A stretch of 62,766 nucleotides of DNA, filler included, from a bacterium (GTDB taxonomy: Bacteria > JAMORN01), in NCBI GenBank assembly GCA_027063545.1. It is 12 parts of 12 records of this genome, joined end to end, with 100 filler letters (N's around TTAATTAATTAA, not from the genome) between each part and the next. Parts side by side here need not be neighbours in the genome. Positions count along the whole stretch, not along the records: positions 59,840 to 62,766 come from JAMORN010000212.1; 11 more parts are not named here. The stretch is one strand, 5' to 3'. The position numbers were made by a program, and so were the translations under genes. The notes under the pieces were generated by a model. It saw only the letters and a list, made by a program, of their open reading frames with translations, was not told the origin of the DNA and searched no databases. Each line of letters opens with the position of its first letter. The first letter of the stretch is position 1. Below are positions 59,934 through 62,766 of the stretch, piece after piece.

Positions 59934-61672
59934 GGTTAGTTGAGTATATTGAGGGTTTGGATATAAAAGACATTAATATAGATTTAAATATCTTAAAAAA
60001 GTTTTCCCTTTCTCCTTTAACCAAACAAAAGTTGAAAAAATTTTTTTCTGATGAACAAAATATCTATAATTTTTTTTATACTTTATTTTCTTCTTATAAT
60101 CAAATTCAAAAAGATGAACTTCTTTCATTATTTTTTAGATTTTTTTTTAAAGAAGAGTCTATAGAAATAGAAGAAAATAATATTTTTTTAATTAAACATT
60201 TATGGATATATAATAATCTTAATAGTATTCCAAGAGCAGTTTTTTTTGATGATGTAAAAAGATTTTTCACTAAGTATTTTAGGAAAGAGTTCTGTATTAA
60301 TAAGAAAGTTCATATAGAGAATGATTTTTTTTCTAGTGTATTTCAGGTAATAGAAAAAAGTATTATTTTAATTGAAAGTAGAGAATACAAAAATATAAAA
60401 AGCTCATTTTCTAAAAAACTTATATATGATTTAAAAAATGTTAATAGTAATGAGGATATAATACTTTTTAGTTTAAAATTTTTGGAGAATATAAGTATAA
60501 TAGATAAAGAGAGAGAAATACTTTCTATAAATTATTCCTATTTAAAAGTTTACAATTCATTGAATATTTCAAAAAAGAAGAGTTTAATATTTGATTTTTT
60601 GATCTATAAGTATTTTCCTATAGTTTTTTATAAATATACTGAAAAGATAGGATTTTTTTTGACATTTTTAACTCTTAGTAAGATTAAAGTTTTTGATATG
60701 GAAAAAGTAATGGAATATATAAAAGATACCTTTATTATAGAAGATAAAAAACTTAATTCAATATATAATAGATATAAAGAAGTTATTAGCTCTTTAGGTA
60801 TATATAGACAAGAAGGTAATGAATTTTTTATTAATATGATTTTTGAAGATGAAAATAAAAATGAAGAAGAAATAGAAGATAATTTCTTTTATGTAATGGA
60901 TAATTTTGAGATTTTAGTTTCCTCTAAATATCCAAATGATAAGTTAGCATTTCTAGGAAGATTTACAAATTTAAAGAAAGAAGATAATGTATTAATATAT
61001 GAGATTAATAAAAAAAGTATTATAAAAGGGATAAATCGAGGACTTAGTATAGATAATATTATAAATTTTTTAAAGGAAAATTCTTTAAATCCAATACCTC
61101 AAAATATTATTCATAGTATTTATGAATGGGGAAATTATGTTAATCTTGTAAGTATAGAAGAAGGAAAGTTTTTGGTTATAAAGGATAGAATGATATATGA
61201 AAAAATTATTTCTTTATTAGAGTCTTCATCTATTGAAGATTTTTCTAACTTTTTTATTTTAAAAATAAAGAAAGATGATGTATTAAGAAAATTGGAGAAG
61301 GCAGAATTAATATTTATAGAAAAAGAGAACAAAATAAACGAAGATAATATAGATATTCAAATAAAAAAAGAAGAAGATACATTTTTAAAAAAGTTTTATA
61401 ATACCAATAGGTTATTTAAGTTTTCAATTCAGGATAAGATAAAAATATTGAAGTATGCATATTATAATAACTTAGATTTAGAGATAATGATTTCAACAAC
61501 TATATCAAAGAAATTGAAGGATAAAAAAATAAAGGTTATGGTAGTTGATTTTGAAGGGGATTGGATTTCTCCGGATATTACATTTTATATATACGAATTG
61601 AAGAGAGAGTATACAATAAATATAAATGAAATAGAACGCCTTAGGATTATTTTTGATAATTCAAATACCTAA
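59930..61672 (+). CDS. XPB-partner protein with Helicase_C_3 (XPB-NTD/p52-like) domain
   Basis: VMDNFEILV...YEINKKSIIKGINRG...IINFLKENS..PIPQNI...IYEW. Confidence 0.78.
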   Translation: MRLVEYIEGLDIKDINIDLNILKKFSLSPLTKQKLKKFFSDEQNIYNFFYTLFSSYNQIQKDELLSLFFRFFFKEESIEIEENNIFLIKHLWIYNNLNSIPRAVFFDDVKRFFTKYFRKEFCINKKVHIENDFFSSVFQVIEKSIILIESREYKNIKSSFSKKLIYDLKNVNSNEDIILFSLKFLENISIIDKEREILSINYSYLKVYNSLNISKKKSLIFDFLIYKYFPIVFYKYTEKIGFFLTFLTLSKIKVFDMEKVMEYIKDTFIIEDKKLNSIYNRYKEVISSLGIYRQEGNEFFINMIFEDENKNEEEIEDNFFYVMDNFEILVSSKYPNDKLAFLGRFTNLKKEDNVLIYEINKKSIIKGINRGLSIDNIINFLKENSLNPIPQNIIHSIYEWGNYVNLVSIEEGKFLVIKDRMIYEKIISLLESSSIEDFSNFFILKIKKDDVLRKLEKAELIFIEKENKINEDNIDIQIKKEEDTFLKKFYNTNRLFKFSIQDKIKILKYAYYNNLDLEIMISTTISKKLKDKKIKVMVVDFEGDWISPDITFYIYELKREYTININEIERLRIIFDNSNT

Positions 61673-61689
61673 CTACTGGAGATATCATT

Positions 61690-62766
61690 ATGGGTGAGTT
61701 TATACATTTACATAATCACTCTATTTATTCTATTCTAGATGGAGTGGCTAGGATTTCTGATTTAGTTAACAAAGCAAAAGAATATGGGATGAGGTCTTTA
61801 GCTTTAACTGATCATGGAAATATGTTTGGTATAATGGAGTTTGTTCAGACTGCAAAGGCAGCAGGAATTAAGCCTATAATAGGTAGTGAAATATATGTCT
61901 CTCCAGGCAAGATGGAGGATAAAACAAAATCGCAGGAAAATTATTATCATTTAGTTCTTTTAGTGAAAGATGAAAAGGGTTATGATAATCTAAAAAAAAT
62001 ATCTTCCTTAGGCTATACAAAGGGATTTTATTATAAACCAAGAGTAGATAAAGATACATTAAGAAGATATTCAGAGGGATTAATTGCTTTATCTGCATGT
62101 ATCGCAGGAGAACCCCAGAGATATATTTTAAGAGGTGATATTGAAACAGCAAAGAAAAAAATTATAGAATATAAGGAGATTTTTGGAGATAATTACTATT
62201 TAGAGATTCAAAATCACGGGCTAGAAGAGGAAAAAATAGTGAGAGAAGCTTTTGTAAAATTATCAAAAGAGTTAAATGTCCCTCTGGTAGCAACTAATGA
62301 TATTCATTATATAGATTCATTTCACGCTATTATTCAAGATATAATGTTTGCAACTGAAGATGGTAAAACAATCTCGGATAAAGATAGACGTACATACCCA
62401 ACAAACCAAATATACTTTAAATCCAGTGATGAAATGATAGAACTGTTTAAGGAGTATCCTGAAGCTATAGAAAATACCTTAAAAATAGCAGAAGAATGTA
62501 ATTTTAATGAAATAGAAAAAGATGTTATTCTTCCTAGATTTGAAATTCCAGAGGGTTATGAAAGTGATTTTGAGTATTTAAAAGCTTTAGTATATCAGGG
62601 ATTAGAGAAAAGATATTCTAATTTGACAAATGATATTATAGAAAGGGCAGAGTATGAGCTTAGTGTTATAAAGAATATGGGATTTGTAGGTTATTTTTTA
62701 ATTGTTCAAGATGTAATTAATTCTGCAAGAAAGAATGGAGTTCCTGTAGGACCTGGTAGAGGATCT
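61690..62766 (+). CDS. dnaE: DNA polymerase III alpha subunit, 3' end outside the window
   Basis: Not in the ORF track. FIHLHNHSIYSILDG, ALTDHGN, KPIIG.E, GFYYKPR, ATND.HY, VGPGRGS. Confidence 0.97.
   Translation, partial: MGEFIHLHNHSIYSILDGVARISDLVNKAKEYGMRSLALTDHGNMFGIMEFVQTAKAAGIKPIIGSEIYVSPGKMEDKTKSQENYYHLVLLVKDEKGYDNLKKISSLGYTKGFYYKPRVDKDTLRRYSEGLIALSACIAGEPQRYILRGDIETAKKKIIEYKEIFGDNYYLEIQNHGLEEEKIVREAFVKLSKELNVPLVATNDIHYIDSFHAIIQDIMFATEDGKTISDKDRRTYPTNQIYFKSSDEMIELFKEYPEAIENTLKIAEECNFNEIEKDVILPRFEIPEGYESDFEYLKALVYQGLEKRYSNLTNDIIERAEYELSVIKNMGFVGYFLIVQDVINSARKNGVPVGPGRGS

Noticed and set aside
1416-62152. Short antisense ORFs (e.g. 1416..1724, 4974..5291, 29073..29348, 38129..38407, 59517..59735, 61874..62152)
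   Set aside because: Shadows of well-supported genes on the opposite strand, with no recognisable motifs.

Overview
The window is not one locus. It is 12 short contigs (about 5.2-5.4 kb, in descending length order) of a very AT-rich bacterial draft genome or MAG, joined by artificial 100-bp N44-TTAATTAATTAA-N44 linkers, so gene neighbourhood is only meaningful within a contig. T9SS-type C-terminal sorting domains, LolA and lipoproteins suggest a diderm of the FCB superphylum (inference). Contents: (1) an MglA/Roadblock small-GTPase cluster; (2) pgeF-argF-hslU and a DegT fragment; (3) a type III-A CRISPR effector operon (cas10 end, csm2-5) with two tandem Csx1-type CARF genes and no array in view; (4) a DUF6175/LPP20/CsgG envelope cluster and glnA; (5) SplB-like radical SAM, nucleosidase, queF, APH-fold pseudokinase; (6) B12 radical SAMs and glyQ; (7) T9SS cargo hydrolases, a decayed cargo pseudogene and HEAT-cheR-cheY; (8) legionaminic acid genes; (9) coaBC-rpoZ-yicC, lolA, nrdR; (10) folE, rpsT, lysA and a sigma54 regulator; (11) ybeY, corC-like, uxs, patatin, bio genes; (12) bacterial XPB with its partner, and dnaE. 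The best candidate for a new system comes from joining two contigs. The end of contig 10 overlaps the reverse complement of the end of contig 1 in frame. The join rebuilds an operon: sigma54 regulator, TPR/Zn-finger membrane protein, DUF4388 membrane protein, three Roadblock-type proteins, an MglA with a long acidic tail ending in a polylysine plus amphipathic segment, and MglB. All product calls come from motif recognition; no database searches were run.
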